Shown piece by piece: positions 37,710 to 47,604 of a stretch of 64,000 bases of DNA. The stretch is from an uncultured virus (IMG/VR IMGVR_UViG_3300002835_004837). Its lineage: Duplodnaviria > Heunggongvirae > Uroviricota > Caudoviricetes. The notes below the pieces were generated by a model, which was given only the letters and a program-made list of their open reading frames with translations, made no database searches and was not told the DNA's origin. Location: the IMG/VR virus record IMGVR_UViG_3300002835_004837; one strand, given 5' to 3'. How positions within the stretch are numbered: position 1 is the first letter of the stretch; the number at the start of each line of letters is the position of its first letter. A program made the translations under genes and the position numbers.

Positions 37710-39143
37710 TTACTTTGGGAGAGTTCTGCCAAGGGCCTGAACATAACGAGCCATTGGACCTTCAAGATTGCTCTCGTTGATTACTGATGGATCGCTTGAC
37801 TCAACTAGGTCTAGAACGCCATCTGCCTTAACAGCAGTTGGGAAATAGTTCTCCCTTAGTGTTGAAATCTTATCGATAAATTCTTCGTCTGATGTATAGG
37901 TAACGTTCTCGGCAAGACCCTTTAGCTTCTCTGCCTGAGTTGATGTTAGACCTTCACAAACAGCAGAAACTAGCTCATACTTGCGTGATTCGTTAAGTGC
38001 AGATGATAGTGCAACATTGCGCTCAATTTCTTCGTTAAGTTTGGCTTCTAGTTCCTCAACTGTTGCTGATAGTTCCTCAACTACAGGTACAGAATCCTCT
38101 GGAATGTCGATATAGTGTTCAGCGAATAGGGCACGAAGACCACTGATGAAATCTTCTGTAAGTTCGCTACGGAGAGCGGACTCAACAGCAACTTCATTTT
38201 CTTCAATCCACTGTTCAACAACATAGTTTAGATAGTCATCAACGTCGGTTGATAGCTGTTCGTAGATTTCAGCAACTCTTTCTTCTAGAGTTTCGGCATA
38301 AGCCTGCTCTAGTAGAGCTACTTCCTCTTCTAGCTTTGCCTTAACGGCTGCTTCGAAGATTGTTGTTGCCTTAGCATGGAACTCCTCAGAAAGGTTCTCA
38401 CCTTCTAGAAGGGCATCAACATGCTCTGACATATCAACTTCGTATGTCTCTAGTGATTCTGCAATCTCATCTGATTCCTCTGAGACGAACTCAAAGTTCT
38501 CATCGATAGCAGCAAGAATTTCTTCTTCATCAAGACCAGCTTCGATGGCTTCTGCAATAAAGTCTTCTAGTTCTTCTGAAAGTTCTAGTTCTTCATCGCA
38601 CTTTTCTTTACCTTCGTGCTTCTCATCTTCATCTTCTTTTTCTTCTTTGTCTTCTTTTTCTTCTTTGTCGTGCTTACGGGCTTCTTTAAGAGCCTTAATG
38701 CGCTCGGCTAGAGTTGGAGCATTTTCTTCTTCAACTACTTCACCTTCATTTACTTCATCTTCTGATAGCTTCTTAGTTGGCTCGGGTGCAACTGAACCCT
38801 TACCAGCACGAGAAGAATCCTTACCAACTGCTGATGCAGCGGCAGCGCCTAGATTGCCTGATGGAAGTGAAGTTGGTGTCTGTCCACCAATATCCTGCTG
38901 CTGACCTTCGAAATCAGCATTATCAGAAGAACCAGCACCGTTCTGTGAACGCTTCTTATCTTCTTTCATCTTTGAACCTGGGCGTAGTGTCTTAGCATTG
39001 CCTGTTGAAGCGGTAGAAGGATCTACAGGATCAGGATTCGATACGCCACCATTACCCACTGATGGATAAGGATTGCTACCATAACCTTCCCCTAGAGTCT
39101 TTCCCTCTAGAACAGCCTTTGCTGCTTCTGTTAATGATGCCAT
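37710..39143 (-). CDS. gp22: Prohead core scaffold gp22 with long low-complexity N-terminus
   Basis: KATTIFEAAV, VDDYLNYVVEQW, FISGLRALFAEHYIDIP. Confidence 0.92.
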   Translation of the reverse strand: MASLTEAAKAVLEGKTLGEGYGSNPYPSVGNGGVSNPDPVDPSTASTGNAKTLRPGSKMKEDKKRSQNGAGSSDNADFEGQQQDIGGQTPTSLPSGNLGAAAASAVGKDSSRAGKGSVAPEPTKKLSEDEVNEGEVVEEENAPTLAERIKALKEARKHDKEEKEDKEEKEDEDEKHEGKEKCDEELELSEELEDFIAEAIEAGLDEEEILAAIDENFEFVSEESDEIAESLETYEVDMSEHVDALLEGENLSEEFHAKATTIFEAAVKAKLEEEVALLEQAYAETLEERVAEIYEQLSTDVDDYLNYVVEQWIEENEVAVESALRSELTEDFISGLRALFAEHYIDIPEDSVPVVEELSATVEELEAKLNEEIERNVALSSALNESRKYELVSAVCEGLTSTQAEKLKGLAENVTYTSDEEFIDKISTLRENYFPTAVKADGVLDLVESSDPSVINESNLEGPMARYVQALGRTLPK

Positions 39144-39173
39144 TGGAATGATACTCCTTTTATTCCTAATTGT

Positions 39174-39180
39174 TATTTAG
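39174..39180 (-). promoter_or_regulatory. Late promoter core CTAAATA upstream of gp22
   Basis: Intergenic match to the recurrent late motif. Confidence 0.6.
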
Positions 39181-39185
39181 TATTT

Positions 39186-39833
39186 TCAAAGTTTTGAGAT
39201 ATAGTTCTCGAAAATCTTCAAGGCGACATCTTCAATATCGTGTTTTGATGCCTCAGTAATGAGTTTCTTTGCACGATAGTAATCTTGTTCTTTCCAGTTA
39301 CCATTTTCAAAAATCCACTCCTTACCTTCCATGATGCCTCGAACGAATGCGTCTTGTGCGCTAGGATCAGCAACAACGTCTGCCGCAGTTGCTAACTTAT
39401 AGTCGTCTTGTACCTGTTGGTATCCATTATATGGTCTAAGAGACCCTACGCCTCTTGTTGACACACCAAGACTTGCACCACCATCTAATAAACTCTTAAC
39501 AATTTTTCCGTTAGGAGTATCCAAAATTTTTGCTTTACCAATAAAATTAGTCCCGTCAGGTTTCAATGATGTAATCATGTGGGACACACGATCTAGGTTG
39601 ATTTGAGGATTCTCAGGATGACCTAGTTCACCAAATGCTCTGTTCTTTTGAACATATTCTCTATTGTAACGATCTGCTTCTTTTGAAAGAACGCTCATAG
39701 GATAAACACGACCGTTACGATTTTGCTTTTCTGCTTGCATGAAGATACCGGTGATATAATGGTTCTTACCACCCTTACCATCTGATTCTACCAGATATTG
39801 AATATCTTGAATTTCTTCTCTAATGAGTTTCAT
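39186..39833 (-). CDS. gp21: Prohead protease gp21
   Basis: GIFMQAE..NRNGRVY, GELGHP, VSH, GVSTRGVGSL, VADPSA. Confidence 0.96.
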   Translation of the reverse strand: MKLIREEIQDIQYLVESDGKGGKNHYITGIFMQAEKQNRNGRVYPMSVLSKEADRYNREYVQKNRAFGELGHPENPQINLDRVSHMITSLKPDGTNFIGKAKILDTPNGKIVKSLLDGGASLGVSTRGVGSLRPYNGYQQVQDDYKLATAADVVADPSAQDAFVRGIMEGKEWIFENGNWKEQDYYRAKKLITEASKHDIEDVALKIFENYISKL

Positions 39834-39844
39834 CTATTTATTCC

Positions 39845-40465
39845 TTAACTTCTACCAGCTTGGATGGCACTAGCAACATGCTTTGCAAAGTCTTTAACTG
39901 TTACTGGGCGACCTTTAACGCCTGTCATCTTACCTAATGTCTCACCAGCTTTATCATGAATGCGACGACCAAGAGACTTAGGTTCACCAGTTAGTTTAAC
40001 TTCTGGTGCTTCTGGCTCTGCCTTAGGGGCCTTAGGCTTCATTTTTTCTTTTCTTTTCTCGGTCGATGCGTCTCTTAGACCATGCTTTGCTTCTGGCTTT
40101 TTCTTTTCTTTATCTAGAACATCTGCTGCTCTTTTATAGCCAGCCTTCTTGCGGGCTTCAATATCTGCTGGAGAAAGTTTTCCACCTTTACCAAATCCCT
40201 TTGGTGTTGTGGTAGCTTGATATTCTTTTTCAGTTTTTCTCTGAGCAATCTTAGCCTTCCAATAAGCCTTCTTCTCTGCATCTGATTTGCCTACAAGAGG
40301 ACCAGACTTAGCGCCATAACCACGATAACCCATTAGCTCGGTTAAGTTTAGTGATCTTTTGACTTCTAATAGTTTCTGCTCACGAATAGAATCGATACGA
40401 TCCTCGAAATATTCGTTTGCTTCTACTAGATTTTTATTGAGGATGGCGTCGAGAAGTTCGCTCAT
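39845..40465 (-). CDS. Lys-rich putative internal head protein
   Basis: Head-module location; short helical N-terminus with LxE motifs followed by a basic region. Confidence 0.6.
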   Translation of the reverse strand: MSELLDAILNKNLVEANEYFEDRIDSIREQKLLEVKRSLNLTELMGYRGYGAKSGPLVGKSDAEKKAYWKAKIAQRKTEKEYQATTTPKGFGKGGKLSPADIEARKKAGYKRAADVLDKEKKKPEAKHGLRDASTEKRKEKMKPKAPKAEPEAPEVKLTGEPKSLGRRIHDKAGETLGKMTGVKGRPVTVKDFAKHVASAIQAGRS

Positions 40466-40466
40466 A

Positions 40467-40991
40467 TTACTGACCTCTACCTGTTACGCCGTAGTTGAAA
40501 TCTCTTGGTGCTGCGGTCTGTCCTTGATCATAATCACGACCATCTTTCTTGAGGTCAATGAATAGAGTTAGAGCATCGCCGTTTGTATTACCAGCAGAAG
40601 AAAATACGATATTACCCGTGCTATTAGCAGAATCGACAATTGAAATGGCAGCAGACATACCTTCAACTTCAAAGTTATAGTCAAAACTTCCGTCACCGAC
40701 TGCAACAAAAGGAATGTTCTCTCCATTAGTGCCCTGCCACTTTAGAAAGATATGTCCCTTATTTTTGAAAACGCCTTGTCCATAAATTCTCTTAATTGAT
40801 GTTCTATAAAGTGACTTTCTGTCAGTGCCAGTTCCTAGAATCTGATTATTAGCATTCATTGAAAATGCTAATGATGCAACATCAAGCAATACAGTATTTG
40901 CTTCTGCTGTACCGTCAGAGACACCGACCCACTTGACAAGTGATCTTCTATTAGTGTCTACCAAAACTTGTTTGTATAGAATGTTTGCCAT
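40467..40991 (-). CDS. Virion structural protein (head module)
   Basis: Position between portal and protease; beta-rich composition. Confidence 0.6.
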   Translation of the reverse strand: MANILYKQVLVDTNRRSLVKWVGVSDGTAEANTVLLDVASLAFSMNANNQILGTGTDRKSLYRTSIKRIYGQGVFKNKGHIFLKWQGTNGENIPFVAVGDGSFDYNFEVEGMSAAISIVDSANSTGNIVFSSAGNTNGDALTLFIDLKKDGRDYDQGQTAAPRDFNYGVTGRGQ

Positions 40992-40993
40992 TG

Positions 40994-41839
40994 TTAATTC
41001 CTAATTGAAAAGTTTAATAGTTTCTTGAAGGACTCAAGGTCTTCGTTCAACATGTTCTCTACGATCTTTTTGTTTCTAGTATTGACCGAGTCATAAACTT
41101 CAAGTATTCTTTTAGCCATACTGTTATTTAGGGTAATTGTTCTTCCATTGATATTTAAATCTTTTGAATCAATACCTTCTTTAACCATCTTGCGAATGTC
41201 TGTAATTTTGTTTTCTTGAATTTGCTTTTGTCTAGAAGTCCATGAACTACCAGTTTTTGGTTTTTCATAACTAACATCACCCGTTTTAGATTGCTTTATT
41301 GGTGCTGGTGTAGATGATGATTGACTATCATCGCCAGAAGAAGGAGCAGTAATGTTTTTCTTTATTGATCTATAAGCTCTAAGACCTTTTTTACCGCCAA
41401 CTTTAGTTACGGCTCTTTCGATTGCTCTTCCTGCTCCACCACGAACTAATGCTCTACCGGCTCCGCTTGTGACTGCCCTTGCTGCACCTGTTGTAATAGC
41501 TCTACCAGCAGCGCCAGCAATCATTTCACCGCCAACTGCTAGTGCAGGACCGAGAAGTTCGTTTAGTTGTTCTTCCGAATCATGAACAATTGCTTCCGAC
41601 ATTTGTAGAACGCCTTCCTTGCTGAAAGGAATAGTGAGATACTTGTCGATCATTCTTGAATAGTAAAGAGCAACTAACTGGTTGTTAGGATAAATTCTAT
41701 ATGTCACTCTCTTAAACAATAGCATAGAAGGCATGTTTGGAAATCCTGCTTTAACAGGGTTTGACTTACCAGATGCTTCATTTAAAACACTATGATCTTT
41801 GGTATCATATTCTTCACGAATCTGTTTAAGAGTTTTCAT
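40994..41839 (-). CDS. Putative prohead core / internal protein
   Basis: Head-module location; LNE motifs; Gly/Ala/Arg-rich centre. Confidence 0.55.
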   Translation of the reverse strand: MKTLKQIREEYDTKDHSVLNEASGKSNPVKAGFPNMPSMLLFKRVTYRIYPNNQLVALYYSRMIDKYLTIPFSKEGVLQMSEAIVHDSEEQLNELLGPALAVGGEMIAGAAGRAITTGAARAVTSGAGRALVRGGAGRAIERAVTKVGGKKGLRAYRSIKKNITAPSSGDDSQSSSTPAPIKQSKTGDVSYEKPKTGSSWTSRQKQIQENKITDIRKMVKEGIDSKDLNINGRTITLNNSMAKRILEVYDSVNTRNKKIVENMLNEDLESFKKLLNFSIRN

Positions 41840-41848
41840 CTTTGTTCC

Positions 41849-43096
41849 TTACTGTGCGAAATAGTTAGAAGCAATTTCCTTCTTGCGTTCTTCTAGCTTT
41901 TCGATAGTCTTTTCTTGAAGAATAGCCTGGAAGTTTTCTCTCATATCGTCAAGGTTATTCTCAAGGATATTGTCAAATGCCTCTTGAATAATTTCTTTGT
42001 TATTCATTTTAGTTTCCTCGTAGATTGTTTTGGTTGTACCTGTAGCACCTGGTGCATATCTTGTGTCTGGTTTGTTGAAGTTTTCTTCACAATTCCAACG
42101 GCGTAGTGCCTTATTAATTCTTGAATCGGGATCGTTTGCAGTCTTAGCAGATGTTAGACGCTTCTTCATTCCACCCATGCGTGAACAGAATGACTTACGG
42201 CGGGACGCTCTTTTGCCCTTAGGGTTCTTTTCTGTTACTGCTGTCTGTAGTTTAGAACCTGGGTTCTCTCTCTTATATGCATCAACTGCCTTTTGCGATA
42301 GACCGTCTGTCTTGTCCTTGCGATTAACTGACTGCCAATCTTCTTGGTAGATGCCTCGTTCAGTAGAAGTGGGATACTTATTTTCTTCGTATGTTGCTCT
42401 CTCTGTATAACGAGAAACACTGGCTTCGACTTGCTCTGTAGGAACACAATTAGGTACCATACGGTTACCCTTTTTCTTTAGTCCCTTGGCTGTATAGCCT
42501 TTCCAGCAAGCACCTTTAAGATCGTTCTTCTCTTCCACTTTTGCTACCCTTCTGGTGTTACCTGTAAGATCGCCAACAACATTAACTCCACCATTATGAT
42601 CGTATTCGCCTAGTTCATTCAGCTTTTCTTCTGCAATGTTACCAAAGTTCTTATTTGCATCCATTTTAGTTGGATCAAATGCTTTAAAACCTAACTTATC
42701 ATTATGATATTTATAATGTTTGTTTTTGATATACTTTAAGTTGTTTCCATTCTGATCATTATATGCCATCATGTTTGTAGTGGTGTATCGTTCTACTGGA
42801 TTTACACCGGGATCACCAGTGACATATCCTAGTCCTCTAACAGCACTTGTACCAATTTCTTCTTTAAGTTTATTCTTATCTGCTTTATCGGCCTTATCAA
42901 GCATTGCATAGTAATCAGGTCTTTCACCTATATGATCCCTAGCAACTTGCTCTGCCTTTTTCTGATTAGTATTATGTTCTTTTTCATGCTTCGCACCTTT
43001 CTTAACAAGGTCACGAACTCTTGCTAAAGAAATCTTAAACTTCTTTGCAATCGCTTCGTTGCCTAGTGTTCTTACATCGGTGCTTTTTAGAGACAT
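41849..43096 (-). CDS. Mosaic putative internal head protein
   Basis: Short modules recurrent in T4-like phages: GAKHEKEH...ARDHI.ERPDYY; CWKGY...MVPNCVP; RRKSFCSRM...SRINKALRRWNC. Confidence 0.6.
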   Translation of the reverse strand: MSLKSTDVRTLGNEAIAKKFKISLARVRDLVKKGAKHEKEHNTNQKKAEQVARDHIGERPDYYAMLDKADKADKNKLKEEIGTSAVRGLGYVTGDPGVNPVERYTTTNMMAYNDQNGNNLKYIKNKHYKYHNDKLGFKAFDPTKMDANKNFGNIAEEKLNELGEYDHNGGVNVVGDLTGNTRRVAKVEEKNDLKGACWKGYTAKGLKKKGNRMVPNCVPTEQVEASVSRYTERATYEENKYPTSTERGIYQEDWQSVNRKDKTDGLSQKAVDAYKRENPGSKLQTAVTEKNPKGKRASRRKSFCSRMGGMKKRLTSAKTANDPDSRINKALRRWNCEENFNKPDTRYAPGATGTTKTIYEETKMNNKEIIQEAFDNILENNLDDMRENFQAILQEKTIEKLEERKKEIASNYFAQ

Positions 43097-43098
43097 GA

Positions 43099-44973
43099 TT
43101 AATCCTTATGTGGCACTAGAATGCCATTCTCGTTGAGGTGTGTTACTGTGCCATTAGGTGCAGCATACTTGCCACTACCAACATAGACCAGTCCTAAATC
43201 TTTTGCTTCTTCTGCTACAGTCTTTTTCTTCTTAGCTGGTTCTTTCTTAGGAGGTGTAGAACCCTTCTTAGACTGAATAGTTGCAAGTTTGATCTTCTTA
43301 TCCATCATGTTGGATTCATGATCACGGCTTGCTGTTTCTGCCTTACCTGGTTCCTGATCTGGTCCAGCAATCTTGTCCACTTCTTTCTGAACATGTGCCT
43401 GAGCAATTTGCTGTTGAGCACCAAAAGCAATCTGATTTTGCATATCTTGTTGCTGTTGCTGTGCCATCACTTCGGCGTTTTGCTGGTCAATCTGCGCCTG
43501 AACCTGTCCTTCTTCCTCCATCTGGGCATTCATTTCTTCAATGTCATCATCTGTCTGTTGAAGAATGTTTTTACGAACCCACATGATAGAATAATACTTA
43601 CCGACGAAAGGATCGACCTTAACTAGTGTATCGAGACGAACATTGATAAGCTCTGCCTCTTTAAGTTCGTCAAAGTTATTGTCTTTCTTGAAGTCATACC
43701 AAATATCTTCTTTAAACTCGTTCCATTCTTCTTCGGTACAAACATTCTTAAGAACTAGCTGCACACGGAGAACTTCATCGAACAATGAAGCAAACTTGTT
43801 ACGAAGACGGGTAACGAACTTATTAAACTTTAGTTCGTCTCTTGTGATTTCTGTGGTACGACCAAGTGAGAATCCGTTATTCTGTTCTAGACGAGAGACG
43901 GGAACACCAAGTGACTTGTATAGCTTGGTCTGGAAATACTTAACATCTTCTAGCTCACCAAGGTTACGAGCGCCTTCTAGTGTGCTAATTTCAGTTCCTT
44001 TTGATCCTTCACGGCGTGGTAACCAGAAGTCTTCAAGCATTGATAGATGCTTACGGTCGTCTCTAATCTCACCAGTGTTTGAATCGTAAACCAACTTGTT
44101 ACGATACTTGACCATGATATCACGGACATACTGTTCCGCTTTAACTGTTGGCATATTACCAACATCGATATAGAACACTCTACGCTCGGGAGCACGGCTT
44201 AGACGATAGATAACAGTGGCGTCCTCAACCATGCGTAGGTTGTTAAATGGCTTAATTGATTTATGAAGATATGATAGAACCATGGTCTGCTTTGGATCCA
44301 TGATACCTGAATTGATGTTAACGATAGAGTCTGGAGCAATCTTAGAACCTAGATTAGTTCCTGCACCGATAAGACCCTTTTCGTTGTAAAGGTAGTATTC
44401 GATCTGCTTTCTGATAATCTCAACACCAGTATTAGGATCACGCATCTTTTGAATTTCACGGATCTTACGGATACGGCGAGGATCAATATACTTGATTTCT
44501 TGAATGCCTAGGGTGGGGTTCGTTTCATCGATAGTTAGATGATAGAATAGTCTGCCGTCGATATACCAACGACGAAAGATTTCATGACCCATATTACCAA
44601 AGTTAAGTAGCTTCAATACATAATCAAATTCTTCTTCAATACGCTTTTTAATAGCAGGAGGAAGTTTGACTTCATCCATATTGATTTCAACCGATGTTCC
44701 AGAATCTTCTACAACGATGGCCTCATTTACGATTTCATCGATTGCCGATTCCGCTTCTGGCTGAATAGCAAGTTCACGATACTTTGTGATAAGTTGTGTT
44801 TCGTTACGAAAGGTGCCGTCAAGATCGACATAAGTGCCGTAATAGCCCGCACCTGCAATTGTCACCGCCCCGTCATCATTCTGAGGCAGTGTGAATGTTT
44901 TATTTTTTGGTTCTTGGAGTTGTTGGTCTACAGCCTTCTTCTCGGAACCGATTTCAAATCCAAATAACTTCAC
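43099..44973 (-). CDS. gp20: Portal protein gp20
   Basis: LFGF, FRRWYIDGR, IYRLSRAPERRVFYIDVGNMP, MLEDFWLPRREG. Confidence 0.97.
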   Translation of the reverse strand: MKLFGFEIGSEKKAVDQQLQEPKNKTFTLPQNDDGAVTIAGAGYYGTYVDLDGTFRNETQLITKYRELAIQPEAESAIDEIVNEAIVVEDSGTSVEINMDEVKLPPAIKKRIEEEFDYVLKLLNFGNMGHEIFRRWYIDGRLFYHLTIDETNPTLGIQEIKYIDPRRIRKIREIQKMRDPNTGVEIIRKQIEYYLYNEKGLIGAGTNLGSKIAPDSIVNINSGIMDPKQTMVLSYLHKSIKPFNNLRMVEDATVIYRLSRAPERRVFYIDVGNMPTVKAEQYVRDIMVKYRNKLVYDSNTGEIRDDRKHLSMLEDFWLPRREGSKGTEISTLEGARNLGELEDVKYFQTKLYKSLGVPVSRLEQNNGFSLGRTTEITRDELKFNKFVTRLRNKFASLFDEVLRVQLVLKNVCTEEEWNEFKEDIWYDFKKDNNFDELKEAELINVRLDTLVKVDPFVGKYYSIMWVRKNILQQTDDDIEEMNAQMEEEGQVQAQIDQQNAEVMAQQQQQDMQNQIAFGAQQQIAQAHVQKEVDKIAGPDQEPGKAETASRDHESNMMDKKIKLATIQSKKGSTPPKKEPAKKKKTVAEEAKDLGLVYVGSGKYAAPNGTVTHLNENGILVPHKD

Positions 44974-44996
44974 AATCTTATCCTTTTATTAGACCT

Positions 44997-45026
44997 AAAA
45001 CCCATGGGGAAATGAATCCCCATGGA
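44997..45026 (-). terminator. Stem-loop with U-tract between gp19 and gp20
   Basis: CCATGGGGA-TTCATT-TCCCCATGG followed by GTTTT. Confidence 0.7.
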
Positions 45027-45044
45027 TTGTAGTATTTATCCTGA

Positions 45045-45635
45045 TTAGGTTGTAGTGTTTGATACCCACCACTGATAGTCGAAGGTCACTGTATATTCTT
45101 CGATCTGATCACCTAGTGCCCAATCGAGGTCGATAGCAGCAACATCAGTTGGGAATGCACCGACTAGAGTGTATCTTTTGATAACATTCTGAGGTCCGGT
45201 CTTACCATACTGAGTAACAATAGCATCAGTTTGATATGATGCTGGAGGACTATAACCTGGTGAACGAATGTTACCAACATGTGAGTTGATAGTATTCATC
45301 CAAACTTCAAGGTTGTTACGAACAGAGAAGCTTTCATCATTGATGATAGTAACAGACCATTGTGAGAATGTTCTGGTACCAGCTACTTTGATTTCACGAC
45401 CAAAGTATGGAATTACAATTGATGAAATACTGTCTGCTGGGAGCGAAGCTGCTCTACAAACGAATGATAGTGATCCAGTTGCGTTTAGTGCATTAACTCC
45501 ACCAGCGCCAACTACTGGAGGGACCGCAGCCCCTCCATAAGCACCAGTTGGAAATGGAATCGTAACTTGGAATAGACTAGGTCTTGCACCATCATTAAGC
45601 AAATTTGCTCTAAATGTGGATACGTCAAATGCCAT
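45045..45635 (-). CDS. gp19: Tail tube protein gp19
   Basis: GARPSLFQV, CRAASLP, YFGREIKVAG.RTF, FPTDV..IDLDW, IEEYTVTF.YQWW. Confidence 0.95.
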   Translation of the reverse strand: MAFDVSTFRANLLNDGARPSLFQVTIPFPTGAYGGAAVPPVVGAGGVNALNATGSLSFVCRAASLPADSISSIVIPYFGREIKVAGTRTFSQWSVTIINDESFSVRNNLEVWMNTINSHVGNIRSPGYSPPASYQTDAIVTQYGKTGPQNVIKRYTLVGAFPTDVAAIDLDWALGDQIEEYTVTFDYQWWVSNTTT

Positions 45636-45664
45636 TTGTTTTTCTCCTTATGTGTTTCTATTTA

Positions 45665-47530
45665 TTAAAATCTACCGACAACTTCGGAGAAGGCGACACC
45701 TGTTCTAACAGCCACGAAATTAAGATGAATATAATTGATAGAACGTGCTGGCTTAACATAAATGTCTCCGACAAATTCATTACGGTCAACGACCTCTGGT
45801 GTATTGTTTGTTTCGTCGCAAACTACACGGTAGTCATAGATACCACGACGACCCTTAACATCACGAAGGAATGGTTCAATAAGGGCAACGAACTGGGCTC
45901 TAGTAAACTCATCGTTAAACTCGAATAGAGAATACTTAGATGCTCTTGAAATTGACTTTTCGAGAACAATGAATAGACGACGAACATTCAAACGATCAAA
46001 TGCTGATGGCTTGCTAACGAATGTCTTATCACCAAATAGAACAGTTCCCTCACCCTTGATGGTGATGACAGGATTGATACCAATCTGGTATAGATCGTCT
46101 CTTTCAGACTTCTTTGGGTTCCATGCTAGTTTAGCAACATTCTTAATCTTACCACGGTTTAGACCAGCAGGTGACCACCATGGATCGTTAGTGTAGTCTG
46201 TTCTAGCACACAGACCGGCAATGTCAGGATTTAGAGGAGTCCAACGATAAACATCGTTATACTTGTCATACTGGCGCTTCCATCCGGAGTCAACAAATAC
46301 ATAGCTTGATGAAATGTTGAACTGACTATTTGCCCATGATTTAATGTTATTTAACTCGAAACCTGCCTTGTTAACAACTGCTGTCTGTGGAGGTGATACA
46401 AATACAACACAGTCTTTTCTACCGCCTGTTGCAATGATACCATATGAATCGTCATCATTGAATGTTCCACCATCAACAATATTTTCAACCACATACTTTG
46501 AAACTAAGTAATCGTGGTGACCAGTGACAATTAGGCTTACATCTGCTTCATCCATGTTTCCAAACTTATCATATGCTCTCATAATATCGCCAGTTGTTGC
46601 GTCAGGTGATACACCATTTCTTGTCTGCATTGAGTAGGTATAGTAGGTCTGATGGAAGGTTCTAAGAGAATCCTGAGTCCATGATGGATTGCCCTGTGCA
46701 TCCTGAGTTGCAATTTCATCAACAGTCTTACCCCAGGTTGTTGTTTCGGCAACACCTGTTGTATTGTTTGATGCAGTATTGATTGCATAGATGTAGTTTG
46801 ACTGATTCTGTAGAACATCAACATAATAGTTTGATGTGCCATCAGGGTTCTTAGCATCTTTTGCCTTTGATACATAAGCAAACTTTTCTAGAACTGTATT
46901 AGCAGTTCCTGAGAATTTACCTGTAGAATCGATAACTAGAATATGCATTTCATCATGAATAGGAACTTGTCTGGTTTGTTGTAGAGCATAATCAGAAGTT
47001 CCTGGCTTTGAAGGGAATAGGTTCTTATACTTCCAAGCATTCCAGGCAGCTACGTTACCAGATACATAAGATGTTGCGAATAGTTCAATTCTGATGCCGT
47101 TACCGTGAGTACCAGGATATCTTGCAGCGAACATGCCTGCTGTATTAGCTGCACCCAGTGACAAGGTTCTGCTCATATCAGCAAAATTGATTTCATATTC
47201 ATCTGGGTTCTTAATAAGTTCTGTAGATGTACCTGTGGTAGCATTTCTTAGAAGCGTATTAGCAGCACGAACGATTGTTAGATCGGCGCCGTATGAAAGA
47301 AAGTTTGCAGCAGCAAAGAATGACTGAATCTGGTTCTGTCTATTAACATTTGATGATGGCTTACCGAAAACTCTAACTAGGCTATCCTCGTCACTAACCT
47401 TAAAAAGTGTATCGACAGGACCCCAATCGAACTCACCGACAAGAGCGCCGCCGGAAGTTGCAACTGAGGGAACAATGGTCGTTAAATCAATTTCAGACCA
47501 TGTCACACCTGGGGAAAGATTATATGCCAT
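45665..47530 (-). CDS. gp18: Tail sheath protein gp18
   Basis: SPGV...EIDLT, FDWGP, PWWSPAG.NRG, AFDRLNVRRLF, KPARSINYI.LNF. Confidence 0.97.
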   Translation of the reverse strand: MAYNLSPGVTWSEIDLTTIVPSVATSGGALVGEFDWGPVDTLFKVSDEDSLVRVFGKPSSNVNRQNQIQSFFAAANFLSYGADLTIVRAANTLLRNATTGTSTELIKNPDEYEINFADMSRTLSLGAANTAGMFAARYPGTHGNGIRIELFATSYVSGNVAAWNAWKYKNLFPSKPGTSDYALQQTRQVPIHDEMHILVIDSTGKFSGTANTVLEKFAYVSKAKDAKNPDGTSNYYVDVLQNQSNYIYAINTASNNTTGVAETTTWGKTVDEIATQDAQGNPSWTQDSLRTFHQTYYTYSMQTRNGVSPDATTGDIMRAYDKFGNMDEADVSLIVTGHHDYLVSKYVVENIVDGGTFNDDDSYGIIATGGRKDCVVFVSPPQTAVVNKAGFELNNIKSWANSQFNISSSYVFVDSGWKRQYDKYNDVYRWTPLNPDIAGLCARTDYTNDPWWSPAGLNRGKIKNVAKLAWNPKKSERDDLYQIGINPVITIKGEGTVLFGDKTFVSKPSAFDRLNVRRLFIVLEKSISRASKYSLFEFNDEFTRAQFVALIEPFLRDVKGRRGIYDYRVVCDETNNTPEVVDRNEFVGDIYVKPARSINYIHLNFVAVRTGVAFSEVVGRF

Positions 47531-47575
47531 TTTTAACTCCTTTATAGGTTGGAATGGTGTGTATCCATTTAACCT

Positions 47576-47582
47576 TATTTAG
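47576..47582 (-). promoter_or_regulatory. Late promoter core CTAAATA upstream of gp18
   Basis: Intergenic match to the recurrent late motif. Confidence 0.6.
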
Positions 47583-47604
47583 TATTTTGATGTTTTTCCG
47601 AAAC

